DNA of 64,000 bases, taken from NCBI GenBank assembly GCA_022563535.1, contig JADFNE010000015.1, forward strand, positions 1,305-65,304, given 5' to 3'. Of the stretch, positions 9,071 to 19,312 are shown one piece after another; position 1 is the first letter of the stretch, and each line of letters begins with the position of its first letter. Under the pieces are notes generated by a model. It saw only the letters and a list, made by a program, of their open reading frames with translations. It searched no databases and was not told the origin of the DNA. The translations under genes and the position numbers were made by a program. This DNA is from Myxococcales bacterium (GTDB taxonomy: Bacteria; Myxococcota_A; UBA9160; UBA4427).

Positions 9071-11110
9071 TCAGAATAGATCGCCCTGTGCAGATCCCTC
9101 GTCCACCGGCGACTTCTTTGCTGCAGTCTTTTTCTTCGTCTTGGATTTTAATGGGGTCTGCACAACCTTTGGTTTTGTCTTTGAACTTGTCTTTGACTTA
9201 GAACTTGGCGGCAAATACTTGACCTTGCTCACTGGTTTGGCCGCCAGGCGGGTCCCTCTCGTCGACGGACTCGTCAACTCGAGAGTCGAAAGATCGAACA
9301 CGGCATCTTTGACCCGCTGCCGCTTCGCCGGGGTGAAATCCAGCTTCAATGTCCCCAGGTTTCCCGGGGTCAGCAGGAAATCCATCTTCCCCTCGCGGTT
9401 CTTGATGAGTTGATACTCCTTGTTTCGAATGAACTTGTGGATCTTGATCCACTTGCCATACGCGATCTTCTTCTTGTCCCGGTAGACCACCACGAATTCT
9501 GCGCCGGCTTCGGGATCAAAGACTTCACAGTGGATCAGCTTGCCAGTAAAGAAGATTTTGTCGACGGGAGTCATGATGCGATACGTCCCGTCGTTGGCAA
9601 TTCCGAGCACGAAGTCAAATTCGCTCACGTTCATTCGATACATGTCGCCACGCACCGCCGACCCGAAAAACCCCGTATCTCGATCGTATGCGAGCTTGAT
9701 GTTCTGTCTTGCGACGGATTTTTTGTCCACCGCTTCGATGCGCGTGATGTGGGTTCGACGCGGATAGTCTGCACCGTACTTCTCGATCAATGCTTCGAGA
9801 TAGTCGATCACTGTGCGCTTGAGTCGCTTGAGCTTCCCATTGATCTTCTTGATGCTCTTCACGATGTCGTCGATCGACTTGCGGTTTTTGTCGATGTCGT
9901 ACGCGGAGATTCGACGAATCCGGATCTCCAGCAAACGCTTCACGTCGTCATCGATCATCGGGCGCACGAACAACTCTTTGAACTTCGCCATGCCCTTGTT
10001 CACTTCATCCGCGACGGCGTTTTCTGTCTTTGCCTTTTCAATGCGCTTGTAGACTCGATTCTCGACAAAGATCTGTTCGAGCGTCAGCCAATGTTGCCGG
10101 TCGGTGAGTTGACCTCGTTCGTACTCGAGTTCGGCTTTGATCTGATCACACAACCGATCGGTCAACGTGGTCAGAACCTCGGTCACGGTCATCTGGACCG
10201 GGCGTCGGTCCTTGATGATGATCATGTTCGAAGAGATCGAAACGCTGCAGTCGGTGTACGCGTAGAGTTGAGGAATCAGTTCCTTCGCCTGGGTTCCCCT
10301 TGCGACGGTGATATCGATCTCGACCCGATCGGTCGTGAAGTCGTCGATCGAAGCGATCTTGAGCCTTCCCTTCTGGGCCGCACCCTCGATCGAAGCGATG
10401 ATGCTCTCGGTGGTCGTGCCGTAGGGAATCTCTTCGATCACCACATGCTTCGGATCGCGAACCTTGATGCGCGCGCGCACTTCGACCTTGCCGGCTCCGT
10501 CGTCGTACGCGGCCACATCCATCAAACCGCCGTGTAGAAAATCAGGAAACAGCTCGATCCGCTTCCCGTTCAGCAGATCGATCTGGGCCTCCCACAACTC
10601 CGGCAGGTTGTGCGGAAGGATCTTGGTCGCCATGCCGACGGCTATGCCCTCGGTCCCCAGCATCAAAGCAACGGGCAGTTTTGCGGGCAGGAATACGGGC
10701 TCTTGCCAGCGACCGTCGTAACTCGGGACCATCTCGGTGAGTGGCCTGAAGAACATGGTTTCGAGGGCCAGCGGTGTCAGGCGGCACTCGATGTAGCGAG
10801 GCGCTGCCGAGGGATGACCCGTCAGGATGTTGCCGAAGTTCCCCTGCCGCTCGATGAAGTAACCCTTGTTGGCCAGCACGACCAGGGCATCGCCGATGGA
10901 AGCGTCGCCGTGTGGGTGCAGCTTCATCGTTTCGCCGATCGCGTTGGCGACCTTGTGATAGCGCCCGTCTTCCATTGAAAAGAGGGTGTGGAGCAGACGT
11001 CTCTGCACAGGCTTCAGGCCGTCGCGCAGGTCTGGAATTGCGCGGTCGAGAATGAAGTAGCTCGCGTACTCGACAAAGTGCTCGTGCATCAGGTCTTCGA
11101 GTTGCGCCAT
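9071..11110 (-). CDS. parC: Type IIA topoisomerase A subunit (topoisomerase IV ParC-like, Bacteroidetes-type)
   Basis: 679 aa. N-terminus FVEYASYFILDRAIPDLRDGLKPVQRRLLHTLF and the catalytic AAPRYIECRL (active-site Tyr). The C-terminal domain is short, with no GyrA-box seen. It ends in a lysine-rich tail (SKSKTSSKTKPKVVQTPLKSKTKKKTAAKK). Confidence 0.8.
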   Translation of the reverse strand: MAQLEDLMHEHFVEYASYFILDRAIPDLRDGLKPVQRRLLHTLFSMEDGRYHKVANAIGETMKLHPHGDASIGDALVVLANKGYFIERQGNFGNILTGHPSAAPRYIECRLTPLALETMFFRPLTEMVPSYDGRWQEPVFLPAKLPVALMLGTEGIAVGMATKILPHNLPELWEAQIDLLNGKRIELFPDFLHGGLMDVAAYDDGAGKVEVRARIKVRDPKHVVIEEIPYGTTTESIIASIEGAAQKGRLKIASIDDFTTDRVEIDITVARGTQAKELIPQLYAYTDCSVSISSNMIIIKDRRPVQMTVTEVLTTLTDRLCDQIKAELEYERGQLTDRQHWLTLEQIFVENRVYKRIEKAKTENAVADEVNKGMAKFKELFVRPMIDDDVKRLLEIRIRRISAYDIDKNRKSIDDIVKSIKKINGKLKRLKRTVIDYLEALIEKYGADYPRRTHITRIEAVDKKSVARQNIKLAYDRDTGFFGSAVRGDMYRMNVSEFDFVLGIANDGTYRIMTPVDKIFFTGKLIHCEVFDPEAGAEFVVVYRDKKKIAYGKWIKIHKFIRNKEYQLIKNREGKMDFLLTPGNLGTLKLDFTPAKRQRVKDAVFDLSTLELTSPSTRGTRLAAKPVSKVKYLPPSSKSKTSSKTKPKVVQTPLKSKTKKKTAAKKSPVDEGSAQGDLF

Positions 11111-11150
11111 GTCGTCCTTCCGAATTACCCAGTCGGTCCTGGCGGTGCGC

Positions 11151-13004
11151 TCAGAGCACCGTTTCGATCAAGTGTTCGATGATGAATTCTTTGCGCTCGG
11201 GCGTGTTCTTCCCCATGAAGAAATCGAGCACCACGGGGACCTCGCCCATGTTCTTCGCCGTGATCGGTACGAGTCGCATCCTCTCGCCGATGAACTGACC
11301 AAATTCTTTCGGGCTGATTTCTCCGAGTCCCTTGAAGCGGGTGATCTCCGGGTCGCGAATTTCTGCAAGCGCCTTGTCTCGCTCTTTCTCGCTATAGCAG
11401 TAACGAGTCTCTTTCTTGTTTCGCACCCGGAACAGCGGGGTTTCGAGAATGTATAGATGGTCCTTGATCACGAGTTCTTCGAAGTAGCGGCAAAAATACG
11501 TGATCAAGAGATTTCGAATGTGCATCCCGTCGACATCGGCATCGGTCGCCAGGATGATCTTGTTGTACCGCAGCCCCTCTATGCCGTCTTCGATCCCCAA
11601 GGCCCGCATGATGTTGTAAAGCTCTTCGTTCTTGTACACCGCGTCCCGCTTTAGACCCTGACAGTTCAGGGGCTTTCCCTTCAGCGAGAAGATCGCCTGG
11701 GTCTGGACATCGCGAGACGGAATCATCACGCCTCCGGCAGAATCACCCTCGGCCAGAAAAATCGACGTCTCGTCCCGCCGGCTTCCCTTCGCATCGTTGT
11801 AGTGAACCTTGCAGTCGATCAACTTGGGAATTCGAATCGTGACTTTCTTTGCGCGGTCCCGAGCCTCTTTCTTGATCGACGAAAGCTCCTTCCGGAGCCT
11901 TTCGTTCATCGAGATTTTTTCGAGTACCTGCGCGGCATCGGCCGGGTGTTTATGCAGCCACAAAACGACTTGCTTCTTGACTGCAGGAACAATCCAACTC
12001 CTCACGTCGGTCGAACCCAGTTTGTTTTTGGTTTGACTCTCGAACACCGGGTCCTGGAGCTTGATCGACACAGCGCCCAGGATGCCCTCACGGACGTCCT
12101 CCCCGGCAAAGTTTTTCTTCGCAAACTCGTTCACGCCCTTGAGCACCCCCTCGCGGAACGCACTCTGATGAGTTCCTCCGTCAGTCGTGTACTGACCGTT
12201 CACGAAGGCGAAGTAGTTCTCGCCATAGGTGTTGGTATGGGTAAAAGCGAATTCCAACAGTTTGTCCTTGCAGTGCGCAATATCGTAAAGGGACTCACTC
12301 TCCCCAATCTCATCGCGCAACAGATCCGCGAGACCGTTCGTGCTATGGAATTTTTTTCCGTTGTAGATGAGGCTGAGGCCCGAGTTCAAATAGGCGTAGA
12401 AGTTCAGCCGATGGGCGATGAACTCCTCATTCCAGCCATACTCACCAAATATTTTCGGATCGGGCGTGAAGGTGACGAGAGTCCCCGAACGCTCGTCCGC
12501 GGCCTTGCCCTTCTTTTCCTTGAGGAGCTTCCCCTCCGCGAAGGCAGCGCTGCGAAACTTCCCATCGCGGTAGCTCGTGACCTCGAAATCGCAGGAAAGA
12601 GCGTTTACGGCCTTGCTCCCGACTCCGTTGAGGCCGACCGAAAACTGAAAGACATCGTCATTGTACTTGCCCCCGGTGTTGATCTGGCTGACGCAGTCCA
12701 CGAGTTTTCCGAGTGGAATGCCGCGACCGAAGTCTCGCACCGTTACCGATTCGCCGTGGCGGGAAATCTCGATCCGCTTGCCTTCCCCCATGATGAATTC
12801 GTCGACGGAGTTGTCGATCACTTCTTTGAGCATCACATAGATGCCGTCGAGAGGATGATTGCCGTCTCCCAGTCGCCCGATGTACATGCCCGTGCGCAGG
12901 CGGATGTGTTCGAGGGCATCGAGGGTCCGAATCGCAGCCTCGTCGTACTTCACCGCCTGCTTGGCTTTTTTCTTGGCCGCCGTCTTTGCAGTCGTCTTTG
13001 CCAT
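11151..13004 (-). CDS. parE: Type IIA topoisomerase B subunit (topoisomerase IV ParE-like)
   Basis: 617 aa. GHKL ATPase motifs (LKEVIDNSVDE, DFGRGIP, GLNGVGSKAVNALS) and TOPRIM (LAEGDSAGG, ILATDADVDGMHI). Lysine-rich N-terminus MAKTTAKTAAKKKAKQ. Sits immediately upstream of the A subunit on the same strand. Confidence 0.85.
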   Translation of the reverse strand: MAKTTAKTAAKKKAKQAVKYDEAAIRTLDALEHIRLRTGMYIGRLGDGNHPLDGIYVMLKEVIDNSVDEFIMGEGKRIEISRHGESVTVRDFGRGIPLGKLVDCVSQINTGGKYNDDVFQFSVGLNGVGSKAVNALSCDFEVTSYRDGKFRSAAFAEGKLLKEKKGKAADERSGTLVTFTPDPKIFGEYGWNEEFIAHRLNFYAYLNSGLSLIYNGKKFHSTNGLADLLRDEIGESESLYDIAHCKDKLLEFAFTHTNTYGENYFAFVNGQYTTDGGTHQSAFREGVLKGVNEFAKKNFAGEDVREGILGAVSIKLQDPVFESQTKNKLGSTDVRSWIVPAVKKQVVLWLHKHPADAAQVLEKISMNERLRKELSSIKKEARDRAKKVTIRIPKLIDCKVHYNDAKGSRRDETSIFLAEGDSAGGVMIPSRDVQTQAIFSLKGKPLNCQGLKRDAVYKNEELYNIMRALGIEDGIEGLRYNKIILATDADVDGMHIRNLLITYFCRYFEELVIKDHLYILETPLFRVRNKKETRYCYSEKERDKALAEIRDPEITRFKGLGEISPKEFGQFIGERMRLVPITAKNMGEVPVVLDFFMGKNTPERKEFIIEHLIETVL

Positions 13005-13168
13005 CAGTTCTGCGGGTTCCCCAGATACAGCCCATGCGTGCGTCCGCCGTCATGGGACGGGGCACCGGGCAGATCAAATCTCGAGGGGTTTATTTGGGGG
13101 GACTCGGGGCCAAGAGTGGCGGATACCCGGAGCGGCATCAAGCAGCAGAACCAGAGAATTTGCTCAAC

Positions 13169-14077
13169 TCAACTCCGGCGTCGCCCCGCGGGTCGGCAGG
13201 AGATCTCCTCGGGCTGCAACAGACGGCCCGTCCCGCCCAGCTCCGTACAGCACACCGCTGCGGCGCGGGAGGCCAGGTGAAGCGCTTCGATGAACGAGAA
13301 TCCGAGGCACAAACCCGCCGCAAATGCGCCGTGGAACACATCGCCGGCCCCGGTGGTATCCCGCACCCGAACCCGACGAGGTGGAATCTCGACAGGGCGG
13401 TCTTGCCATAACGCAAGAGCACCGCGTTCGCCCAGGGTCAGCACCGGGGTTCCGCCAAATTCCTCTCGCAGCGCAAACAGGATCTCCCGCGGAGTTCCCC
13501 CGTGCCACGCCAGGCCAAATTCCAACGGCAGAATCGGGTAGTCCACAAAGGGAAGCAGTCGCAAGCACGCGGCGCGGGGACTGTGGAAGTCTGCGACCAC
13601 GGGCGCACCGCACTCCCGGGCGCGGCGCACCCCACGCAGCGCCTGTGCCGGGAAGTGGCCATCGATCATGAGCACGGAGTCCCGGTTCAGGCCTGTGAGA
13701 TCGAAGTCCGGTGCCGACGACTCGATCTTGCGTCGATCGGGCACAAGGAAGCGTCGCTCCCGAGTCTCGTGATCGACCAGCACGATCGCAACAGTCGTTG
13801 GGTGCTGCTTGCTGCGAGTGACACCGCGCGTCACCACACCGTGTTCCCGCAGCTGCGCGATGATCGCCCTGCCCTCGCGATCGTCTCCGAGCATGCTCAG
13901 CAGCTGGGTTTTGACGCCGAGCGCAGCCGACTGCGCCACGGCATTGCCCATCATTCCACCGGCCGCGACCCGGCGTTCCAGGTAGCGAGCGCGCGGGTTG
14001 TCCATGCGGAAATCGACGACCAGGTAGGTCTCGTCCAGCACACTGAGTCCGAGTCCCATTACCTTGCGTAAGGCCAC
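13169..14077 (-). CDS. PfkB-family carbohydrate/nucleoside kinase
   Basis: 302 aa with the C-terminal signature DTTGAGDVFHGAF and an N-terminal GxGxxxxD-type strand. The start is GTG 14077 or ATG 14059. Confidence 0.75.
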   Translation of the reverse strand: MALRKVMGLGLSVLDETYLVVDFRMDNPRARYLERRVAAGGMMGNAVAQSAALGVKTQLLSMLGDDREGRAIIAQLREHGVVTRGVTRSKQHPTTVAIVLVDHETRERRFLVPDRRKIESSAPDFDLTGLNRDSVLMIDGHFPAQALRGVRRARECGAPVVADFHSPRAACLRLLPFVDYPILPLEFGLAWHGGTPREILFALREEFGGTPVLTLGERGALALWQDRPVEIPPRRVRVRDTTGAGDVFHGAFAAGLCLGFSFIEALHLASRAAAVCCTELGGTGRLLQPEEISCRPAGRRRS

Positions 14078-14086
14078 GCCGCGAGG

Positions 14087-15037
14087 CTAACCCGCCCGGG
14101 GATCGGCCGGAAGTGGATTCGTGTCATTCAAAAGTCGGCGCAGTTCCTGTGCATCTTTCAGCGAGAGTTTTGCCGGCGCCTCTTCCCGGGTCGCAAGCTC
14201 GAGGGTGTGCAAACCCAACGCGCGATAGAGCGTTCCCAACTCGGGCGCCGATTCCTCGATCGCGCGCAGATGCAGCGCAACGGTCTCCCCATCGCCTCGC
14301 TGAATGGGGCCGGTGAGAGCCGCCGCAGGGCCCAGAAGCCCAATGTTCTCGAAGGTGGACTGGATCAGAGGTTGCAGTGCGGGCCACGCAGTGGTTCGCT
14401 CGACTCCGGCGGCTTCAGTGGCGCTGAGTGCGGCGTCCATCAATGCACACAAGTAGTTGCACGCGATTACGGCACCCGCGTGGTAGAGCACCTTGGCCCG
14501 AGTCTCGATGCGAACGCATTGGGTTCCGATTTCTGCGCCAAAAACTTCGAGAACCTCGAGCGCCCGGGCATCCCCTTCCAGAAAACATGAGCTGCCGGGC
14601 AAGTCGGCCTCGGCACGCGCCACCGTGGGGAAAGTCTGGAGCGGATGAAACGACGCCACGGCAACCTGACGGTCCTCCTGCACCGAGGCGAGAATCTCAC
14701 TCGTCAGGGCTCCCGAACAGTGCACCAGAATACTGCCGTCGCTGATGGCGGCGGCAGCAGCAAGATCCTCGGCGACGGCTCGGATCGCGGAATCCGACAC
14801 CGTCAAAAAAATCAGATCGGAAGTGCTGGCGGCTTCGACGGGAGTGAGGGCCTGGGTCTCCGGGCCAATTGCAGCGGCGGCCGCCTGGGCGCGACCCCGA
14901 TCGCGGCCCGCGACCGCGGTCACTCGGTACCCAGCGGACCGCGCAAGTTTGGCGAGGGCAACCCCGAGCTTGCCCGGACCGATGATGGAGATCGAGGGAC
15001 GTGCCGCGATCCCCGCTCTTTTCTTCTCGCTGGACAT
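14087..15037 (-). CDS. Rossmann-fold NAD(P) oxidoreductase-like protein with DUF2520-type C-terminus
   Basis: ISIIGPGKLGVALAKLARSAGY dinucleotide-binding motif; overall layout resembles the ProC/prephenate-dehydrogenase-like DUF2520 family. Trimmed from 15112 to the verified ATG at 15037. Confidence 0.55.
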   Translation of the reverse strand: MSSEKKRAGIAARPSISIIGPGKLGVALAKLARSAGYRVTAVAGRDRGRAQAAAAAIGPETQALTPVEAASTSDLIFLTVSDSAIRAVAEDLAAAAAISDGSILVHCSGALTSEILASVQEDRQVAVASFHPLQTFPTVARAEADLPGSSCFLEGDARALEVLEVFGAEIGTQCVRIETRAKVLYHAGAVIACNYLCALMDAALSATEAAGVERTTAWPALQPLIQSTFENIGLLGPAAALTGPIQRGDGETVALHLRAIEESAPELGTLYRALGLHTLELATREEAPAKLSLKDAQELRRLLNDTNPLPADPRAG

Positions 15038-15211
15038 GGTTGTTTCCGTCGCCGGCTCAGACGCAATGGACAGGCAAAATGCCTGTTCAGACGCTGCTGA
15101 AAGCCTGCGCAAAATTCAAGTCGCTGGAAAATCACTGGACGCACGGGATCTGGAGGCGCCGCACCAGAGCGATGGCGCAGCCGCCCGACAGATTTGGTAT
15201 TTAAACCCGCC

Positions 15212-16390
15212 ATGGCAATGGTACCGATCGGCGAAATCAATCAGGGCGTGGCTCCCGCACAACCGGGGGAGTTTCCGGGGGTTTCCCTCGGCGCGATCGA
15301 TCTGCCCGTCCCGGTGATCCTCGCGCCCATGGCTGGCATCACCAACACGCCCTTCCGCACCCTGTGTCGGGAGTTCGGCGCCGGCCTCTACGTCAGCGAA
15401 ATGATTACCGCTCGAGCCCTGGTCGAGCGCAATCCCCGAACCCTGCAACTCGCCAGCTTTGCCCCGGAAGAGAAGCCCCGGAGCCTCCAACTCTACGGGG
15501 TCGACCCGCACTACGTCGGTGAAGCGGTCGCATTCCTCGTCGGCGAAGGACGAGTTGACCATCTGGACATGAACTTTGGCTGCCCGGTCAGAAAAGTGAC
15601 GCGCAAGGGAGGTGGCGCCGCGATTCCGGCGAAGCCCAGGTTGCTCGCCAACATCGTGCGCGCGGCGGTCAAGCATGCGGAGAAGATCCCGATCACGATC
15701 AAGTTTCGCGTGGGCATCGACGACGACATTCACACGTATCTCGACTCCGGGCGCATCGCCGAGCAAGAGGGATGCGCCGCCGTGTCTCTGCATGCTCGAA
15801 CTGCCGCACAGCTCTACGACGGCGAGGCCGATTGGGACACCATCGCCGAACTCAAGCGTGCCGTTTCAATCCCGGTGTTCGGCAATGGCGACATCTGGGA
15901 AGCCTGGGACGCATTGCGCATGATGCGACACACGGGTTGCGATGGTGTCGTCGTGGGTCGCGGTTGTCTCGGACGCCCATGGTTGTTCCGCGACCTGGCG
16001 GATGTCTTTGCAGGGCGCTTCCCCAAAGCACCGCCTGCCTTTGGCGAAGTCATGCAGATCATGTTGCGCCACGCCAGACTGCTTGCAGCCTGGCAGGGCG
16101 AACGCTGGGGGATCCGCGCGTTTCGCAAGCAGGCGACCTGGTACACCAAGGGCTTTGCCAAGAGCGCTCAATTGCGCGGCGAACTGATTCGCATCAACAC
16201 GATCGCAGAACTGGAAGAAGTTCTCTCTCACGCCGATCCGACTCTCGAGTTTCCGGCCTCTGCCCTGCGCGTGCCCAGGGGCAAAAAGAGCGGGCGCCAG
16301 CGCGTTGCGCTGCCCGAGGGCTACCTCGACGACCGCATGGACGACACCCCTCCGGTCCCGGCGGCGGAAGCGGATTTTTCTGGCGGTTAA
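15212..16390 (+). CDS. tRNA-dihydrouridine synthase
   Basis: Dus motifs ILAPMAGITNTPFR, LDMNFGCP and GNGDI. The ORF-track start at 15194 is a TTG; the first ATG is 15212 (MAMVPIG). Confidence 0.85.
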   Translation: MAMVPIGEINQGVAPAQPGEFPGVSLGAIDLPVPVILAPMAGITNTPFRTLCREFGAGLYVSEMITARALVERNPRTLQLASFAPEEKPRSLQLYGVDPHYVGEAVAFLVGEGRVDHLDMNFGCPVRKVTRKGGGAAIPAKPRLLANIVRAAVKHAEKIPITIKFRVGIDDDIHTYLDSGRIAEQEGCAAVSLHARTAAQLYDGEADWDTIAELKRAVSIPVFGNGDIWEAWDALRMMRHTGCDGVVVGRGCLGRPWLFRDLADVFAGRFPKAPPAFGEVMQIMLRHARLLAAWQGERWGIRAFRKQATWYTKGFAKSAQLRGELIRINTIAELEEVLSHADPTLEFPASALRVPRGKKSGRQRVALPEGYLDDRMDDTPPVPAAEADFSGG

Positions 16391-16403
16391 CAGCCAGTTG
16401 AAG

Positions 16404-16437
16404 AACCCTGACCGAGCCAGGTGCGGTCAGGGTTTTT
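16404..16437. terminator. Bidirectional rho-independent terminator between convergent dus and AEC transporter genes
   Basis: Perfect 10-bp stem AACCCTGACC / GGTCAGGGTT (16404-16413 / 16425-16434) with an 11-nt loop, followed by TTT on the plus strand. Lies in the 57-nt gap between two convergent stops. Confidence 0.7.
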
Positions 16438-16447
16438 CAACGGGCTG

Positions 16448-17329
16448 TCAAGCGGGAAGCAGCCAGGCGAGAATCAACGGCAGCGCGACCAGCGAGATCG
16501 TTGTGGAGGCGACAACGACTCCCGCAACTTCGTCCGGGTCCCGGTTGAACTTTTCAGCGAACAAATAATTGATCACGGCCGCCGGCATGGCGCAGTCCAG
16601 GATCACGACGCCGCGGATCACGCCGGTCAGCTCAAAGGCGCTCGCGAGGCCGACTCCCACACCAAAACCCATCGAGAGCCGCATCATGCCGAGCGCGAAA
16701 GATCGGGGCAGACGCTTTACGCGCAGAGTGGCCAACGAGACGCCAAGGGTGAATTGCATCAAGGGAATCGTGATACCGCCGAAACTCTGGGTGGTGCGCA
16801 AAAGCCAGGTCGGGACTTCACTGTCGGTCGCGATGACCAGCAACGCCGCCAAAACCGCGTAGACGAGCGGCGTTCTGAACAACTGCCGAAATGAAATTTT
16901 GCCGCTCCAAATCCACTGTCCCAGGGTGAACTGGATGGCCGAGGTCAGCGCAAACACCACTACGGCGTAGAGCAGTCCCTCAGCTCCAAACGCGAAGAGG
17001 CAGATGGGAAGCCCGAGGTTTCCGGTATTCGGAAATATCATCGGGGCGAGAAACGAACGAATCGGGAGGCCTGCCATGCGCAGGCCGGCGTAACCCACCA
17101 CAGCGAAGATTACGAAGGCCGTGGGAATGATTACGGCGAGGCGCACGAGCGCCGTCAGCTCGACATCCAGCGCAACCAGACTCGAGAAAACGAGACAAGG
17201 TGCGCCGAGGTTCATGCACAGATCAGCGATCAGCTGGTTGTCGATCGGCCGCCCGATGCGCCGCCATACATATCCGACGGCGATGCAGAGGTAGACCGGC
17301 GCAAGGATGGAGAACAGCTGCTCGAACAT
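16448..17329 (-). CDS. AEC (auxin efflux carrier) family transporter
   Basis: 293 aa polytopic membrane protein. The N-terminus MFEQLFSILAPVYLCIAVGYVWRR and the overall roughly 10-helix pattern are typical of the AEC/membrane-transport family. Confidence 0.7.
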   Translation of the reverse strand: MFEQLFSILAPVYLCIAVGYVWRRIGRPIDNQLIADLCMNLGAPCLVFSSLVALDVELTALVRLAVIIPTAFVIFAVVGYAGLRMAGLPIRSFLAPMIFPNTGNLGLPICLFAFGAEGLLYAVVVFALTSAIQFTLGQWIWSGKISFRQLFRTPLVYAVLAALLVIATDSEVPTWLLRTTQSFGGITIPLMQFTLGVSLATLRVKRLPRSFALGMMRLSMGFGVGVGLASAFELTGVIRGVVILDCAMPAAVINYLFAEKFNRDPDEVAGVVVASTTISLVALPLILAWLLPA

Positions 17330-17386
17330 GGGCGACGAATATCCCTCGCAAGCATGCGGCCCCGGCAGCGGCCGACCTGCGGGAGA

Positions 17387-19312
17387 TTAGAGCGCTTCGA
17401 GCATCAGATCCGCCAGTTTTCGGCTGAAAGCGGCCGGATCGCCGAGTTGAGCCCCCTCGGCGAGCTGCGCCTGTCCAAACAGCAGCTGGGCGTAGTTTCC
17501 AATGCGCGCGTCCTTTGCATCGGCTGCAAAAATTTCCTGGAGTCGTTTGACGAGTGGGTGTTCCGGATTGATCTCCAGGATCGGCAGCGTCGCCGGGGTT
17601 TCTTGACCGGCCTGGCGCAGCATGGCTTCGAGTTGCGGGGTGAGCTGGCCCTCTTCCAACACCAGACATGCGGGTGAAGATGTCAGGCGTTTCGAGATCC
17701 GCACCTCTTTGGCGGTGTCTTCGAGGCCCGCACCCAGCGCCGCGAGAAGGTCCTTGAATTTTTTCTGTTTTTCCTTGCTCTTCTCGTCCTTCTTCTCGTC
17801 TTCATCTGACGCTTCAGGTTCGGCGTCACTGCGACCTGCAGACTTGAAGCTCTTTCCCTTGTACTGCGGCGGCATCTGTTGGAGCCAAACCTCGTCTACG
17901 GGGTCGGCAAAGAGCAACACCTCGATCCCCTTTTCCTTGAGGGCTTCCAGGTGGGGCGATTTCGTGAGTACGTCGAGGGAGGTTCCCACCAGATAATAGA
18001 TATCTTCCTGATCCTCCTGCATTCGTTCAACATAATCTTCGAGGGAGGTGAGTTTGCTCTCGTGGTGGGTCGAGCTAGCGAGCACGAGATCTAAAATGCG
18101 ATCCTTTTTTTCGTCCCACATCAACAGGCCTTCCTTGAGTACCGGCCCAAACTCTCCCCAGAAATTCAGATACTTCTCTTCATCGTCCTTGCGCAGCGAC
18201 TTCAGCGCATCGAGAACCTTCTTCACCAGATACTTTCGAATCGCCTGAATCTGTCGATCCTGCTGGAGTAGCTCGCGGGAAACGTTGAGCGTGACGTCTT
18301 CGGCGTCCACCACCCCGCGCACGAAGCGCAGGTATTCCGGCACGAGATCTCGACATTCGTCCATGATGAAGACCCGGCGCACAAAGAGCTGAATGCCGCG
18401 CCGTGACATTTCGCGGTGGTAGAGATCGTGGGGAGCCTTCGAGGGAATGAAGAGGAGAGACTTCGCCTCGAACGTGCCCTCCATCTTGCTCGAGATCCGG
18501 AGCAGGGGTTCCTGGAAGTCGTGGGTGATGTGTTTGTAGAACTCCTTGAACTCGTCCTCGCTGACATCGCTCTCGGGACGGGTCCAGATCGCCTTCATCG
18601 AGTTCAGCGGCTCGCTCGGCTCGTCAGTTTCCTCTTCTGCCTCAGCCTCATCGGCGGCGGGTTTGACGACTTCGAGACGAATCGGGTAGGCGACAAAATC
18701 GGAGTACTTCTTGATCGTCTGACGCAGCACCCATTCATCCGTGAAATCCGACAAGCCGTCGTCCGTGTCGCTCGGCTTGAGAGTGAGGGTGACGGTGGTC
18801 CCGGCTTCTGATCGCTCAGCGTCCTCTACGCTGTAGCCGCCGGCGCCGTCGCTGGTCCACAGGACTGCCTGGGTCTCTCCTGCAGCCCGGGTCAATACTC
18901 TGATCTGGTCGGCCACCATGAAGCTCGCGTAGAAGCCAACACCAAACTGGCCGATCAACTCGGGCGCATCACCCTTACCTCCGGCTTGTTTGAGCTTCTC
19001 GATGAACTCGACGGAACCCGACCGCGCCAAGGTTCCGAGATTTTCGATCACGGAGTCGTGATTCATCCCGATCCCGTTGTCGCTAATGCTGAGGGTCTTG
19101 TTCTCGGGGTCGGCGATCAATTGGATGGCAAACTCGCCACTCGGAAGTAACGCGGGATTGGTCACCCCCTCGAAGCGAGCCTTGTCGATGGCATCCGATG
19201 CGTTGGAGATCAATTCGCGGAGAAAGACCTCCTTGTTGGAGTAAAGCGAGTGGATCATCAGATCGAGGAGTTGCTTGACCTCGGCCTGGAAATCGTGCTG
19301 TTCGACGCTCAT
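17387..19312 (-). CDS. htpG: Molecular chaperone HtpG (Hsp90)
   Basis: FQAEVKQLLDLMIHSLYSNKEVFLRELISNASDAIDK, GQFGVGFYASF and a charged linker. Trimmed from 19579 to the verified ATG at 19310-19312 (MSVEQHDFQAE). Confidence 0.9.
   Translation of the reverse strand: MSVEQHDFQAEVKQLLDLMIHSLYSNKEVFLRELISNASDAIDKARFEGVTNPALLPSGEFAIQLIADPENKTLSISDNGIGMNHDSVIENLGTLARSGSVEFIEKLKQAGGKGDAPELIGQFGVGFYASFMVADQIRVLTRAAGETQAVLWTSDGAGGYSVEDAERSEAGTTVTLTLKPSDTDDGLSDFTDEWVLRQTIKKYSDFVAYPIRLEVVKPAADEAEAEEETDEPSEPLNSMKAIWTRPESDVSEDEFKEFYKHITHDFQEPLLRISSKMEGTFEAKSLLFIPSKAPHDLYHREMSRRGIQLFVRRVFIMDECRDLVPEYLRFVRGVVDAEDVTLNVSRELLQQDRQIQAIRKYLVKKVLDALKSLRKDDEEKYLNFWGEFGPVLKEGLLMWDEKKDRILDLVLASSTHHESKLTSLEDYVERMQEDQEDIYYLVGTSLDVLTKSPHLEALKEKGIEVLLFADPVDEVWLQQMPPQYKGKSFKSAGRSDAEPEASDEDEKKDEKSKEKQKKFKDLLAALGAGLEDTAKEVRISKRLTSSPACLVLEEGQLTPQLEAMLRQAGQETPATLPILEINPEHPLVKRLQEIFAADAKDARIGNYAQLLFGQAQLAEGAQLGDPAAFSRKLADLMLEAL

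Noticed and set aside
9410-10537. Long antisense ORFs opposite well-supported genes. Examples: 9410..10537 and 11802..13280 opposite parC/parE; 21396..22781 opposite metH; 35273..36982 opposite glpD; 44013..45419 and 44216..45475 opposite the Sel1 gene; 47916..49517 opposite nqrA/B; 25437..26414 and 26134..27135 opposite the MCP; 28157..29143 opposite the orphan gene.
   Set aside because: Each overlaps a gene with strong family motifs on the other strand. Their translations are Arg/His/Asp-rich with no recognisable motifs. Stop-codon depletion on the antisense strand is expected at about 60% GC.
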